Positions 49,901 to 63,739 of a stretch of DNA of 64,000 nt are shown here, one piece after another. The stretch is from Mobula hypostoma (lineage: Eukaryota). Position 1 is the first letter of the stretch. Each line of letters opens with the position of its first letter. Below the pieces are notes generated by a model. It had not been told where the DNA came from, searched no databases, and saw nothing but the letters and a program-made list of their open reading frames with translations. Made by a program: the position numbers and the translations under genes. The DNA is taken from contig NC_086097.1 in NCBI RefSeq assembly GCF_963921235.1, forward strand, positions 203,548,001 to 203,612,000, read 5' to 3'.

Positions 49901-51456
49901 AGACCGAGGAATAGGCTGGGCTTGCTTTCCTTGGAGCAGAGGACCCAATAGTTATAAAAACTATGAAGGAAATAGATAGGGTAGATAGTAGGAAACATTT
50001 CTCCATTGTATCTAAGATTAGAGGGAATAGTTTGAAGGCATGAAGGAAGAAATTTACAGGAGATCTGAGGAAGATGTTTTGTACACAGACTCTGGACTGG
50101 AACGTACAGGTTGGACTCTGGAATGATAGCAATAGGTACTTTCACAACATTTATGAAGTATCTGGATGAAAACTTGCTTTGTCAATGCATGGAAGTGCAG
50201 GTAAATGTGATTGGTATATATATGTTCTTGACAGTCTGCATTGGGATGGTGGCTGAAGGGTGTGTTTCTACATTGTATGCTTCTATTACTCTATGAAACT
50301 TATTGTCACCAAAAACTCTCCTATCATTGTCTGAACTTCTATTATGACCCTTCCACACATTGGCTCTATGTTTCCTGCCCTATGTCTGCTCCTGCTTAAG
50401 CTAAGTCCAAGTTTCAAAATTTTCATCCTTCATGGGCATATTCTTGCATATCACTAATTTAAATCTCCTCTCGCCCCTCACTGCCCACAATATCTAGTTT
50501 CAATTCCAGCCTCTGGCCTCCCATCCCCAGACTCCTTGAACTTAACCATCTTACCTATAAGATGCCGTGGAAGAAATTACTGTATTTCTCCATTAGGAAG
50601 CTTCTTAATTCAACTGCTTCAATTTAGTTTTAGTCATTTGTCTTAATATTAGCTCAGGTTTTGCTTCATAGCGCTCCCTTAAAGCACCTTGAGACATCTG
50701 TAATGTTATAAAGCATGATATCAATGTGAATAGATTCTTTTAGATCATGAAACAAGAAAAGTAGGTAAATATGACAGCCAGTAACCTGGTAAAATTAGCG
50801 TCATTCTAAGAGTAGAAAAGCCAAAAACTTGCTAATTGAGTGGAGGCAAACAAAATGAAAGCATTCAAGTACGAGAAGAAAATGTGCTAATTGAGATAGA
50901 AACTTAAATACAAGATAAAAAAGCCAAATCAGCAACCTGTCCTGTCCCTCCACCACTGATGCACTTTTGATACAATGTGTATCATCTACAAGATGCACTT
51001 CTGTTGCTCCAAAATCCACTTCCAAAACTATAACCAGGAAGGAAAAGAACAGTAGGTGACATTGGGTCTAAGTCATGAATTTCCCAATCAAACACACAAT
51101 CGGAATACCTTTATACCAGAAAGGATTTGACAGAGTAGCTCACCATCATCTCCTCAAGATATGAAGCATAAATTTTGGTTTTGCTGGCATTAGGACAGTC
51201 CAAGGAATGAAAGGAGAGAAACAAACTATTTTTGTCATTAATTTTATATCCTATGCATTTTGCAGGTTGTAATGCCACTCTTAGCTAGGTTGTATGTATT
51301 TGAAATGAGCTGCCAGAAGCTGTGGTTGAGGCAAGTACATTAGCAATATTTAAAAGCTATTTAGGCAAGAACACAGATAAGGGAGGTTTAAAGTGCTGTG
51401 GTACAAATTCAGGCAGTTGAGTCTAGCTCTCTGGGCAATAGAGTTAACATGGACAA

Positions 51457-51773
51457 GATAGAAACATAGAAACATAGAAACATAGAAAATAGGTGCAGGA
51501 GTAGGCCATTCGGCCCTTCGAGCCTGCACCGCCATTTATTATGATCATGGCTGATCATCCAACTCAGAACCCAGCCTTCCCTCCATACCCCCTGACCCCT
51601 GTAGCCACAAGGGCCATATCTAACTTCCTTTTAAACATAGCTAATGAACTGGCCTCAACAGTTTGCTGTGGCAGAGAATTCCACAGATTCACCACTCTCT
51701 GTGTGAAGAAGTTTTTCCTAACCTCGGTCCTAAAAGGCTTCCCCTCTATCCTCAAACTGTGACCCCTCGTTCT
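51457..51773 (-). mobile_element. Young CR1 3' fragment inserted in an older CR1 3' end
   Basis: Near-identical to the reverse complement of 35100-35406; (CTATGTTT)3 tail. Confidence 0.92.
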
Positions 51774-54554
51774 AGAAGATGGACTGAATGGCCTGTTTGA
51801 TTATGCTTCTATGACTCTATAACAGGGGTTCATATAATCACAGAAAACCCATGAAGGAAATATCAAGGAAAAAATGTCCAATAGAGTACTTTTTTTTGTT
51901 TTAACCATTTAGCAGCACTGAAATAAATAAGAAAGAATCATCTTAGCCTGAACTTGATGTTAAGGTAAGTATAGGATTCTGCAATGCCGTAAACAACACA
52001 ATGTTTAAATCAGGCTGCTGAGCGGCATAGTGCTCTGAGGAGTGTACACAACCAGTAATAATTTCAGGGCCAAAAACCAGGCTCCACATCTGTTCTGTAT
52101 TGGATGCCTGCAGAGAACACCAGTTGTATCCCTCTGGAAATAAAGCAGTCAGTGTCCGAAGGAGAATTACCTCTCTGTTCTTCCTCAAACATTTTCCTAG
52201 ATATTAGTTCTGGCCACCCTCCTTCTGAAAGTTCTGTAAAACTGACTTGATCATTGTATATCAGGTTTGGTGCCTGGATCACATGATTTAAATGACCTCG
52301 TGCTACTTCTGTAAGGCCAACTGTCCTCAATGCATACCTCCTGGGATAATGAGCAAATCTCTGCCCCATATAGGAAATTTAGTGCTGGGAATGTATAGGT
52401 TTTGATGCAATGATCATAGACAGAGTTTTTAGTCCCTTGGACAGCTGATAATTGATTGGGAAAAGCTAAGTTTGATTTATTAAAGGAAAATTATGTCTAT
52501 GCAAATTGGTAAGTTTTTTTTCTGATAAAGTAATATACAGTTGCTGAAGGAAGATGTTTGATAAAGTACCACATAATATCATCAAGATAAGACCATGGAA
52601 TAAAAGGAGCTTCTGCAGAATGAATAGAAAGTTAGCAAAGCAACAGGAAACGGAGATTAGAAGTGAAAGGTTGTTATTCAGACCAGAGGGAAGCGTGGAC
52701 TGAAATTCTCCAGAGGTTAGCACGAGCACCATTGCTTTTCTTTGTATTGTGTATTTAGGGTAGATCGGTGAGCCTATATGCATGGTCCTATAGGCTTTGA
52801 GAATGCTATGTGTTTTCTAGGAGCACAATTTATCAGATGGAAATGTGTGCATTATATGTGATATCATCACTGTAATGTTTGGAGTGTTCTGACAACCAGA
52901 GCTTAAATGTCAAGTCCCCAGATATTGAACAGACCGCAAGCTCCTTTGTCAGTGTGAAGTTAGTCCCAGATGCTGAGGCTGGGTTTGACATGCCTCAGTC
53001 ATTGGAGAGGAAGCCTGAGCTGATAGAGTGGAACTAAGGGTCAAGTGTTCTGATAGAAGTCTGCTATTGTTCTTCAATTGTTCACCATAATGTAACTAGC
53101 CAGTGAGAGTCTGACAAGTGTGCTACCTATTTGTGTTGGATTCTCAAACATGTTATTGGACCACAATGAGCATACTAACAGGGCCTCTTGTTCATATCAG
53201 ACCAACTGTCAGGCATTCCAGCAAAGGGTGCTTTATTAAGATAACAGCAGCCAGGCTACTGGCATTAATAGACTGACTGCTGCCATCATTTTTATCACCA
53301 TTTGTACCTCAAACATGATGAACATCCCAAGTTCCAAATGGCCTTGTTACATTTGGTAAATAATCTAGTGGGCAGGTAAATAGTCTACATTATTGTATTG
53401 ATCACTGTTTATTGATTATTATTTCTGATGGCTAATAGTAATTTGTTGGGACCATGATTGTTTGAGATTCCAGAATTAGAGTCCCCTCTCTGGAGGCTAA
53501 CTGAAAGTATCAGTTATGTTATAGGATTCTTCCCACAAAGATAAACATTACTCCTGTTTAGTTGGGATCAGGATGAGATTTCCCACAAACTTTATAATTT
53601 AGAACAGAGTTATTCTGTCTACAGTAAATGAACATTGATGACAAATCCAATTTTCCCACAGGAACTGGGTAATATAATTAATAGGAAATCCCTTGGCTAT
53701 GAGAACATAATAAATGTTGTTGTAACTCAGGTTTCATTTGATCTTTAACCTTTTTTCATGCATGGCTCAAAGAACACAAAATAAAATAATTATCAATGCA
53801 TACAACTGAATGGGAATCCTTCAGATTCTGGTATTTTACTGATCTGAGCACTTCTCTCCTTTTTCCCCTCAATTTCTCTGTATGTTTCCAGATAGCAAAA
53901 CTACTACTCAAAACTATGAAGTTAAAGACCTTATTCTTCAAAAAAAAATCTGAATATTTTCTTAGTAACTTTGAGGCAAAATATTTGATTTACATCATAA
54001 AGAAACTCAATAGTTTTTTTTATATATGTAACTGAAGCACAGGAATTCTTTTAAAAAAGAACCTAAATATGAATTTAATGCATACAGCTTTCATATAATT
54101 TCCCATTTTCTTTCTTTATGTTTATTTTCAAGGATGCCTTATGGTCAGACCAGACAAATGACTAATGAAGAGCAGATTTAGTCTGAATAAGAAAAATAAA
54201 GTACTTAGCATAGCAAGTTTGATGGTCAAGTTTCAAACTAAGTTTCTAGGCTAGCCTATGTTTGGTCAGGCAGAGATAAAGAGATCATAAAATTCTGACT
54301 TCTGTTTTTGCTAACAGAAGTCAATGCTATGACTGTTTTTTCAGCTAATATGATTACTGAGCTTAGCAGTAAATAGATATTGTTGCATTGAGTGAATGAC
54401 TTGAAATAGATTCACAAATAATGTGACATTGACATTAGTAATCCTGAGGCAAACCAAAGGGAAGTTCTTACAGAAAATTGAAATAATGGGAAGGTAAATC
54501 ACATCATTATAAAACCTTATAAAAGACATAAAACAAGTACAGAACTTTTGCTAC

Positions 54555-55055
54555 TTAGGAAACTGGGTGACATCAGATGGCAGCTGCGACATGGACATCA
54601 AAAGAAGAATAGGGATGGCGAAAGATGGATGGACAATATCTAGTAACATGAGGACAAGATGTTGGACAATATCTAGTAACATAGGAAACGAATTGAAGCA
54701 GCAGAGATGTGGTTTTTGAGGAGGATGCAAAGAATATCATGGACAAAATGAATATCTAATGAGGATGTCATGAACAGAGCAAGCACAAAAAGAGAAATAA
54801 TGTATGAGATCATGAAAAGGCAAGGTAACTTCATTGGACATGTAATTAGGAAAGAGGAGTTAGAATGTACGGTAATTACGGGAAAGATTGAAGGGAAGAA
54901 AGCAAGAGGAAGGCAAAGACCAATGGTGATGGAGACTACAGCCAGAAAACTGGAAATGAATACCAATGAATTGATCCACTTGACACCAAACAGGAGTGTG
55001 TGGGCCATGGCATTCAAAGCTCAATCTGGGCATGGCAGCTGATGATAATGATGAT
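54555..55055 (+). mobile_element. RTE-clade LINE 3' fragment
   Basis: DIKRRIGMAK; RIEAAEMWFLRRMQRISWT; FIGHVIRKEELE..GKIEGKKARGRQR; (TGA)n-like tail. Confidence 0.85.
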
Positions 55056-55179
55056 AAAACCTTCCATTCCATCTGTACAATGCCTTACCTGAAATACATG
55101 ATTTTAATCATAGGTGCTTAAACTGGGAAATTTACCCATTTATGCTCCATTATCTGAAAAATGCAACAGGCTCCGGGAC

Positions 55180-55661
55180 AGCAGAGGAAATTTACAAGGA
55201 TGTTGCCTGGATTGGAGGGCGTACCTTATGAGAATAGGTTGAGTGAACTTGTCCTTTTCTCCTTGGAGCGATAGAGGATGAGAAGTGACCTGATAGAGGT
55301 GTATAAGATGATGACAGGCATTGATCGTGTGGATAGCTAGAGGTTTTTTCCCAGGGCTGAAATGTCTAACGTGAGGGGGCACAATTTTAAGGTGCTTGGA
55401 AATAGGTACTGAGGGGATGTCAGGGGTAAGTTTTTCACACAGAGAGTGGTGGGTCTGTGGAATGCACTGCCGGCGTCGATGGTGGAAGCAGATACAATAG
55501 GGTCTTTTAAGAGCCTCTTAGATAGGTACATGGAGCTTAGAAAAACAGAGCTATGCACTAGGGAAATTCTAGGCAGCTTCTAGAGTAGGTTACCTGGTTG
55601 ACACAACATTGTGGGCCAAAGGGCCTGTAATGTATTGTAGGTTTCTATGTTCTATGTTCTA
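55180..55661 (+). mobile_element. CR1 3' fragment
   Basis: Similar to 2920-3373; tail ttctatgttctatgttcta. Confidence 0.88.
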
Positions 55662-56194
55662 GCCAAAGAGTTGCAGGCAACATTTGAGTTCTTTGTTTAT
55701 AAAGTAAAGTCGATTTCTTTTATAGTGAGATAACTTCGGAAGCTGATGTTTATGTATATATACTCCTGTGTTTTTATGATGTCCACTACCAGAATAATGG
55801 ATTGGATGAAATGGTCTCTTACTGAATTCATTGTTACGACTTAATTACTTGTTTGAGGCTCAGCTTGAACTCCCTGAGGGGATTATAGGTTATTTCTGGT
55901 GAATTACTTGAGCAAGTGTATCTTTCTAGCAAAAAAAATAGTTGATGTTTCTATTCATTAATTTGCCATACACAAGTTCTATCATAATCTTGGTCCTTCC
56001 TGTATCTGACCTGCCAGTTCGGGAGAGTTTCTGTCCAGTTATGGTGAGAGGATAAAAGCAGCATGGAAACTTCACGATGCTTAAAGAAGAGACAACGGAA
56101 CAGATCTACTGCAGAGGGATGGGTAATCATGGTCATCTGACAAAGGTGGTAACATTGGACACAATTTTGTGGCATTGGTGCATTCCAATCAGTA

Positions 56195-56330
56195 AGAAAC
56201 AAGAAATAAGAGAAAATCTGCAGCAGATGCTGGAAATCCAATCAACACAAAATGCTGGAGGAACTCAGCAGGCTGAACTATGGGAAAAAGTACAGTGACA
56301 TTTTGGGCCAAAACCCTTCTGCAGGACTGT
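56195..56330 (-). mobile_element. Penelope pLTR remnant with degenerate hammerhead
   Basis: ctgcag..atgctggaaatcc..aaatgctggaggaactcagcagg; minus strand agtcCTGCAGAagggttttggcccAAAAtgtcact. Confidence 0.7.
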
Positions 56331-57987
56331 GGTTGAGTAAGAAACAGAATTGTGGTTTGCAGAATGGGGGCGGGGGGAGGTTTCAGAGTACTGTACATTA
56401 TATATAAAAATGCTATAGTTTAGGATGGCAACAAACAAAACTGTGTATCTGGGCTATACTGTCTAGATTCTTTTAGCACAAGTCAGCAGATCCATGGTTA
56501 TGTGGATACTCTAGCTATGGGCAGCCCTACCGCACAGGCATTCAAGAGTTTGTCTCTTCAGTTCCACTTAGATCAGAGACTGGAAAATTCTTCTGTGCTT
56601 GGGAATCAAGGTCTACTTTTTTAACTGTTGATTCCAGTCACTTGTGCTGCAGTCATTGTTAAAATATGCATGGAATGGTGAATGCAACATGCGGAGTAGT
56701 TCCAAAGATCTTTGAATTAAAATAAAAATGAACACAAGTGAACCATTTTCTAAGATAAGGTCTTCTGGTAGCCATGATTTGAGAAAATTGGTCCGTAATT
56801 GAAGAGAGTTCGATTGTGCTCTCTTTTACAGAATTTGACCAGATGTGTTTTATCTCAAATAAAAAAATAAGAAACATTGAGAATTGTCATCAGGTCAGAG
56901 AGAAACAGAATTAATGCATCAGACTAATGACCACAGATGTAAGCTGACCTGCTGTGTACTTTCAGCATTTTAAAATTTTATTTCAAATCTCCAAGAGATG
57001 CATTTTCTTTGCTTATTGATTAATGTTTCACTTCAATCAATTTTGAATGACCTTATCAAACAACTGGTTTGAAATTATTATTTCCCTTCTCACAATGATC
57101 AATATGTACTCTTTGGAAATATCAATGGCCACTTCCAACCCTGTACAAAAACAAATGAGTCATTAAGAATGAGCATCACAAAACTCTTTGGAAAGTCCAT
57201 CTGTCTCACTTCTGTCTTCAGGAGGAAATCTGGTCTTCTTGTCCTATCTGTGATGAGGATGCTTTAGGAGTCGTCTCCTGGCATCAGCTGTTTAATTCCT
57301 TCTCTCATGCACAATTAGATGTGATTGCAGAACTTTGATGGCATCGGCTGATTGGGATTATAGCATCTTTGCTTGCTGTCACTGGGTCTAATTCCTGAAG
57401 CTCCCTAAAAGCTCCACGTGGAGAGTTCAAGAAGGTGACTTATCCCCAACTTTGCAAGAGTAATTAGGAAAAGGCAGTGAATGCTGGTCTTGCCAGTGTT
57501 CTTGCAGTCTTGGCCCTGGTCTACTGGCTGTTAAAGATCTTTATCTGATCATGGCCCAGAGACAAAACTTCTGGCAATTGACTTCATACTCAATACCAGA
57601 ATTTCCAGTATGAAATTCTTTAAAGATTATCCTCTCAATATGCTGAGATAACTCTAGGTCTCATATAACAGAACATAATCCATCATTAAATCACTTCCTT
57701 AAATCAGATCTTCATTTGAATACTTGCACAGTTCAGTAACATTTCTTCAATTAATTAATTTATTAGAATTATGATCTTTTGTCTTCTGTATCTGCATTAC
57801 TGTAATCGGAAATTGCTCTCTTCAATGTAACAATTATATTTTTATACCCCGTGTCTGTTTTCTCAAGTGGTAATCTGCATTTGCAGTTACATTTTGTTTT
57901 GCACTTTGCATTTATATTTGATTATGTAATTGTAAGAGAATGTCTCACCTTCATATTTTAGCTGTAGCCATAGCTTGTACTGCAGAT

Positions 57988-58150
57988 ACTATGATGATGA
58001 TTGGTTGTCTGCCGTATCTGATAATGACAGATTTGTGCAGTTCTGTTGTGTTCGTAGGTGGCTGCTGAGTCCAGCCTTTGAGCGACATAGACATCCACAA
58101 TAAGGACATGAACACTGTGCTGCATCTGGAAGTGGAGCTGCTAATATTGC
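57988..58150 (-). mobile_element. RTE-like LINE extreme 3' end (C2H2 motif)
   Basis: CPYCGCLCRSKAGLSSHLRT followed by a (TCA)n tail. Confidence 0.6.
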
Positions 58151-59204
58151 TTTCCATCTTTGTTGGGCAATGATTAGTACTGCTGGGTGTTTCTCCTTCA
58201 GGTTATTGTGAGTGGTTCTAACCAAGGCTCATCAGATATAGGACCAAGAATTAATGATATCAGTTCATGTTCTGTGACATGGATTTATGATAAAAAATTT
58301 CACTCTAAAAGTAATTTTCGTAAGCAGAGAACATTTTTTCTAAATTTTCTTCAGTTAGTTTTTCTTAATTATTGTCCCTAAAAGTGATATGACCCTCTGC
58401 AATAAGGCAGGTTCCAACACAGTGAGCTAAGAAAGGCTCACTTCCCAGACTCTTCTTGCAAAGAGGACACCTTCCACTGTTCTTGTGCCAATTCTATTTT
58501 TCATCTTCAGTAACTGGTGAAATAGAACATAGACCATGCAAGATCTCGCAAAAATTTAGTATGGAAGTGTATGGTGCCTAAAAACAGTCTAAGTTCTGCA
58601 TAGTTGTAGTATTTCCTTGTCTTACCCATTGCTTTCTTTTGTTGTAATCTATTTGCATCTTCTTTTAGTTGAAGGTGAACTATGCTTTCTGTACAAATGA
58701 ACGGACTTTTATTCTGTGTTTATATCACACACTGAACACACCTGAAGATATTTTTCTTTGCTCCTTCTGGTTATTAGTACATCATTCTGGCCCCACGGTC
58801 AATGAAATACATCTTGTATCTTTTCCACGGTCGCACACTGGAAATAAAATTTTGGTATTGATTTCACACTACGAGGAATTTTATGTGGGAGTTAAACTCC
58901 ACGTGTGCATTAATTATTAAATATTGCTGGCTATCCTTATCTACATTCAGCTGAGTAAAAGCATATGTCAGGTCAGTTTGTTGAAAACTTTGGCTCCTGT
59001 CAGCTCAGCATATAAATCCTGCAAATGAGGCAGTGAGAACTGTTAGTCATCAGCTGCCCGGTTCGATGTTACCTTGCACTCACCACATGGTCAAACTACC
59101 TTACATACAGTACGACTACAGATGGTTTTGCTCAATTCTTCTGGCTTGCCTTTACTAGAACTCTGTTTTGTCCTAGTAAACTCGAGACAGTCTTCCTCTA
59201 CTTG

Positions 59205-59920
59205 AATCTTCAACACGTCCCCATCTATATCAACGGAGCTGTAGTGGAGAGTGTATCAAGCTTCAAATTCCTTAGTGTCCGCATTTCCGAGGATCTCACC
59301 TGGTCCCTGAACTCCTCCATCCTGATCAAAAACAGCACCTTTATTTCCTGCGAAGCATCAAGAAAGCTCACCTCTGTCCCAGGATACTGACGGACTTTTA
59401 CCGCTGCACCATTGAAAGCATACTCACCAACTGCATCTCAGTGTGGTATGGCAATTGTCCCATATCAGACCGCAAAGCACCCCAGCATGTGGTGAAAACT
59501 GCCCAGCAGATTATCGGCACCCAATTGCCCACCATTGAGAACATCTACCAAAAATGCTGCTTGGGCAGGGTGAAAAGCATTATCAAGGATGCATCTCACC
59601 CTCACCATGGACTTTTTACTCTCCTCCCATCCAGTAGGCGCTACAGGGGTCTCTGCTCCCGCACTAGCAGGCACAGGAAGAGCTTCTTCCCTGAGGCTGT
59701 GACCCTGCTGAACCTCACATCACAGCGCTAAGCAATATTGCACCCATATTGTACTGTCTCAGTACTTTTATATTTGTGTGATGTAGCACTTACTTTGCAG
59801 TTATTTCGTAAATAACACTATTCTTTGCATTTCTGGTTAGATGCTAACTGCATTTCATTGGCTTTGTATCTGTACTCGGCACAATGACAATAAAGTTGAA
59901 TCTAATCTAACCTAATCTAA
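59205..59920 (+). mobile_element. Rex1/Babar-like 3' fragment with (AATCT)n tail
   Basis: INGAVVESVSSFKFL..ISEDLTWS; IIKDASHPHHGLFTLLPSSRRYR. Confidence 0.88.
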
Positions 59921-60159
59921 AAAAGTAGAGCAAGCCGAAACTTACAAGAGATTGGCTTTACAAGGTTCAAAGTACAAAGTAAATCAAAGGATGTATATGT
60001 CACCATATAAAAACAGAATAATAAATTGATAATAAAATGAATAGTAACCATAATAAGATCAATGAAAGACCAAACCAACTTGGGCATTCAAACAGTGTGC
60101 AAGCCAAGAGACTGATGTGAAAGCGAAAAAGACATTTTAACTTCTAACAGCCTTTGGAA

Positions 60160-61090
60160 TATAAATCAGATTATCACTGACTTGTGTGAAGTGAAATTTG
60201 CTGTTTTGTGATCGTAGTATGGTGCAAAGGCATAAAATTACCATAAATTACAAAACTTAATAAGTAGTGTAAAAATAGGAATAACAAACCTATTTGTGCC
60301 TCACGGACCATTCAGAATTCTAAAGGAGGAGGGGAAGAAGTTGAGTGTAGGTTTCATACTTCTGAATCTCCTCCCTGATTGTAGCAATGAGAAGAGGGCA
60401 TGTCCTGGATGGTGAGGGTCCTTGGGGCTGAATACTACCTTCATGAGGCACCACCTTTTGAAGACGTCCTCAGTGGTAGGGAGGGTTGTGTCTATGATGG
60501 AGCTGGCTGAGAACATAATTCACTGCAGCCTTTTGCGTCTCAGTACATTGGAGCTTCCATACTGGGCTGTGATGCATCCAATCAGAATGTTCTCCACCGC
60601 CCACCCGGACAAAATTGCTAGAGTCTTTGGTGACAAACAAAATCTCCTCAAACTCCAAACAAAGCTGGAATGTCTCCTTCTTGATTGTATGAATACTTTA
60701 AGCTCAGGATAGATCCTCTGAGATGTTGAACACCCAGGAATTTGAAGCTTCTCATCCTTTCCATTGCTGACCTCTCAATGTGCGTTCTCCAGACTTCTCC
60801 TTGAAGTTCAGGATCAATTCCTTTGTCTTGCTGACGTTGAGAATGTGGTTGTTGTTGCGACACCACTCAATCAACTGTTCTAACTCACTCTTGTATGTCT
60901 CCTGTTGCCATCCGAGATTCTATCAATAACAGTGGTGTCATTAACAAATTTATACAGTAGGTGGCATTTGAACATTCATAGCCATGCGTAGAACAGTGGG
61001 CTAATCTCACATGTGTGAGGTGTGCTGATGTTGATTTTCAAGTGAGGAGCAGATGTTGCTACTGATTCACGCTGATTGTGGTCTCCTGAA
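60160..61090 (-). mobile_element. Rex1/Babar-like 3' fragment, older
   Basis: SFKFLGV; KDPHHPGHALFSLLQSGRRFRS. Confidence 0.78.
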
Positions 61091-61474
61091 AAATCAGGCT
61101 ATGTGGGCATCATTGAACTTTTTGGCATAACCCTTTTATATGTCTAATTGTAATTTTGAAGTATCCATACTGAGCACTTTGACACAGTCCAGCTTCCGTT
61201 TATGAAGCCATATCTTGCCCAGCGTTGCTGGCCAATCAGTTTAATTAGCTAGAGCCATTGGCTCCTCTATTTGCTGAAATTTATGACTTGCTAAATATTT
61301 CAGCTACACTAAGGGCCTCTAAACTTTGCCTGAGGCGACTTTGTGTTTAAGGCACCCTTTGTCAGTGGTATTCAGCTGAATTGATTTAGATATGTATCAT
61401 TGCCTTCAGCTGAACACTTAACTGAGGTATCATTTTTTTTGAAGTCATTTCCCTCTTTGTCACTGCTGTGTAAA

Positions 61475-62290
61475 TTCAGAGTCAGATTCAGATTTATTTG
61501 TCACATGTACATTGAAATATACAATGAAATGTGTTGCTGTGTTAGCAACCAACACACCCAAACTGTGGGCAGCCCACCTGTTCACACAAACTGACTGACT
61601 TCCAATCCCAAGACAAGCTGCCTCTGGTCCTCCAGTCATTTTTATTCTGAATTCTCAGACTCGCAGATATCAGTCCTCCAACTTTGGACTTTACTCCAGG
61701 GCTTGCCAGTCACAGGTTTGACTTTAGTTGCTCGATTTCTGGACTCACACAGACATCCAACCCTGCTGACCCGTATCATCTTGACTCCTTCAGGCTCCTA
61801 CTTTTGGTCTTTGACCTTCAGACTTCTACCTCTGGACTTCAACCTTCCACAATGCCTTCTGGACTTCACCAGGTTTGATCTTTCGGTCTTGACTTCTGGA
61901 CTTGCATGGTCCTATGACCTGATGACTTGGGGAGGGGTCATTGGCCTTCATGGCATCAGCTCTGGGACTCAACGCCCTCTATGGACATCTGACGCAGGAC
62001 CAGTCTCTGACCTGAGGAACACCGATCTCCACAACACATGCAACTCAACCATTGGAATCACTGAGAACATTCGACTGCAGAGTGCACAGGCCTGGACTCG
62101 GACTCCTGCCCAGACTCTTCATTTGCTACCTGTGACCTCTAACTACCTCTTATCCCTGTCCCTAAACCGAACCTAACCCCTAACTCCCTACGCTATCCCC
62201 AAAACCATCCCAACAATCATAAAAAATCAACTAAGTCTAAGCCATGACATTGATGGACCTCACGATTCAGCGCCAACTTGTCCGGAAGTC
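61475..62290 (-). mobile_element. Non-autonomous retroposon-like repeat
   Basis: Minus-strand 5' end gacttccgg..aagttggcg; 3' end gacaaataaa(tctgaa)n; internal short degenerate ggactt repeats. Confidence 0.5.
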
Positions 62291-63040
62291 AAGAGGCTAT
62301 GCTACGTAAGCCGAATTTTTTTTGTTCTGCATGGCTTGAGAACTGTATGGGCTTCATCTTTGCAGTTTTTTACTGTGCAAGCTTGCCTTCTGTGAAGAAT
62401 TCACACAATCAAAGTTGCTTTGATTAAATACCATGACTTTAGAGTTGCATGTTGAGAATATGGAGTTTTTGAATCAATGTATCTGATGGATGCAATGTAT
62501 GTGATGGATGGCTTCCATTACGAACTCAATAGCAATTTGTACTTAGTCTCATCCACTTGCTTCATTTTGTTTTGAAATCCTAACTACATTATGCCTCTGC
62601 AGTCATATTTGAACTTCACATTGGCCAATTACTTAAGCATCTTTTGATGTCATTTTCACAATTTTGGAAACAGAAACTAATTGTAGGACCAATTTGGCTA
62701 CATCTAAAGTTCAAATACACCTTTCTTTGTCATTTTGCTTCCTTATCCCAATAATACATCTCATGAGATCAACTAAATTGGAAAACACAGAAAATTTCGA
62801 TGGCCATGGCCTGTATGCTTAACATTTAAAATTCTTAACATCAAATCTTCCCACTATTTTCATTCTGAAAGTATTGGTTCAGCTGGGTAGATCTAATGAA
62901 CTTGTTTAGTTCTTGGAGATAATAACATTTGTATCTGGCTGAACTGTCAGACAATTGAGTTCTTTTAGTCTGGTTGCACAAATGTGTGTGGCATCTGGAG
63001 GAACTGCTTTTGACTGAAAACCATATAGGTACAATCCTAG

Positions 63041-63241
63041 CCATTCACATAAAATGCTGGAGGAATCCTGCAGGCTAGACAGCATCTATGGAAAAGAGTA
63101 TAGTCGATGTTTCAGGCCGAGACCCTTCATCAGGACCTATACTCTTTTCGATAGATGCTGCCTGGCCTGCTGAGTTCCTCCAGCATTTTGTATGTGCTGC
63201 TTGGGTATCCAGCATCTGCATATTTTCTCTTGTTTGTGAGA
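63041..63241. mobile_element. Penelope pLTR-derived fold-back insertion with 11-bp TSD and hammerhead motif
   Basis: TACAATCCTAG at 63030-63040 and 63242-63252; imperfect inverted arms around minus-strand ggtcCTGATGAagggtctcggcctGAAACATCgact (63102-63137). Confidence 0.85.
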
Positions 63242-63739
63242 TACAATCCTAGTGTATCTTTTGGATTTGGTCCAGCTTTGCTGTGCCTTCTGCTATCAGT
63301 CCGAACCTAAGGGTACTTATGATACAGCTCTTGTTCATCTACTGGTTATAGCTCTGGTGAATGTATGGTCATTGGTGCTGGCATGCTAATTGTATTGACA
63401 TTGATTCAATCCTTGTGACTCTATTGGAACTGGCCCAAGTTTGGTGTTTATATTGTAGTGAATGTATTGACCATGATTGAGACCTTGTGTAGGGAATGGA
63501 GACCATCTGTTGAAGATGTTTTAGCACTAATGTATCCACTGGCATTGGTCCAGTCTTGGTAGGTTGAATGGGGCTTGTTAAGATCTGGTAAGTTTGTTGG
63601 TTGTGCTTCATCACCATTGTTTATTTTTGTAATGAATCCATCCCTCTGTGTTCCATTTACAGTTGGCCCAGCCTTGGAGCTTCTATTGGAGCTAATGCAG
63701 TATCGATGTGCCTACTAGAATTAGTCTGTTCATCTTGCT

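Noticed and set aside
51943..52369. Two minus-strand ORFs as a gene
   Set aside because: No motifs recognised; lengths compatible with chance.
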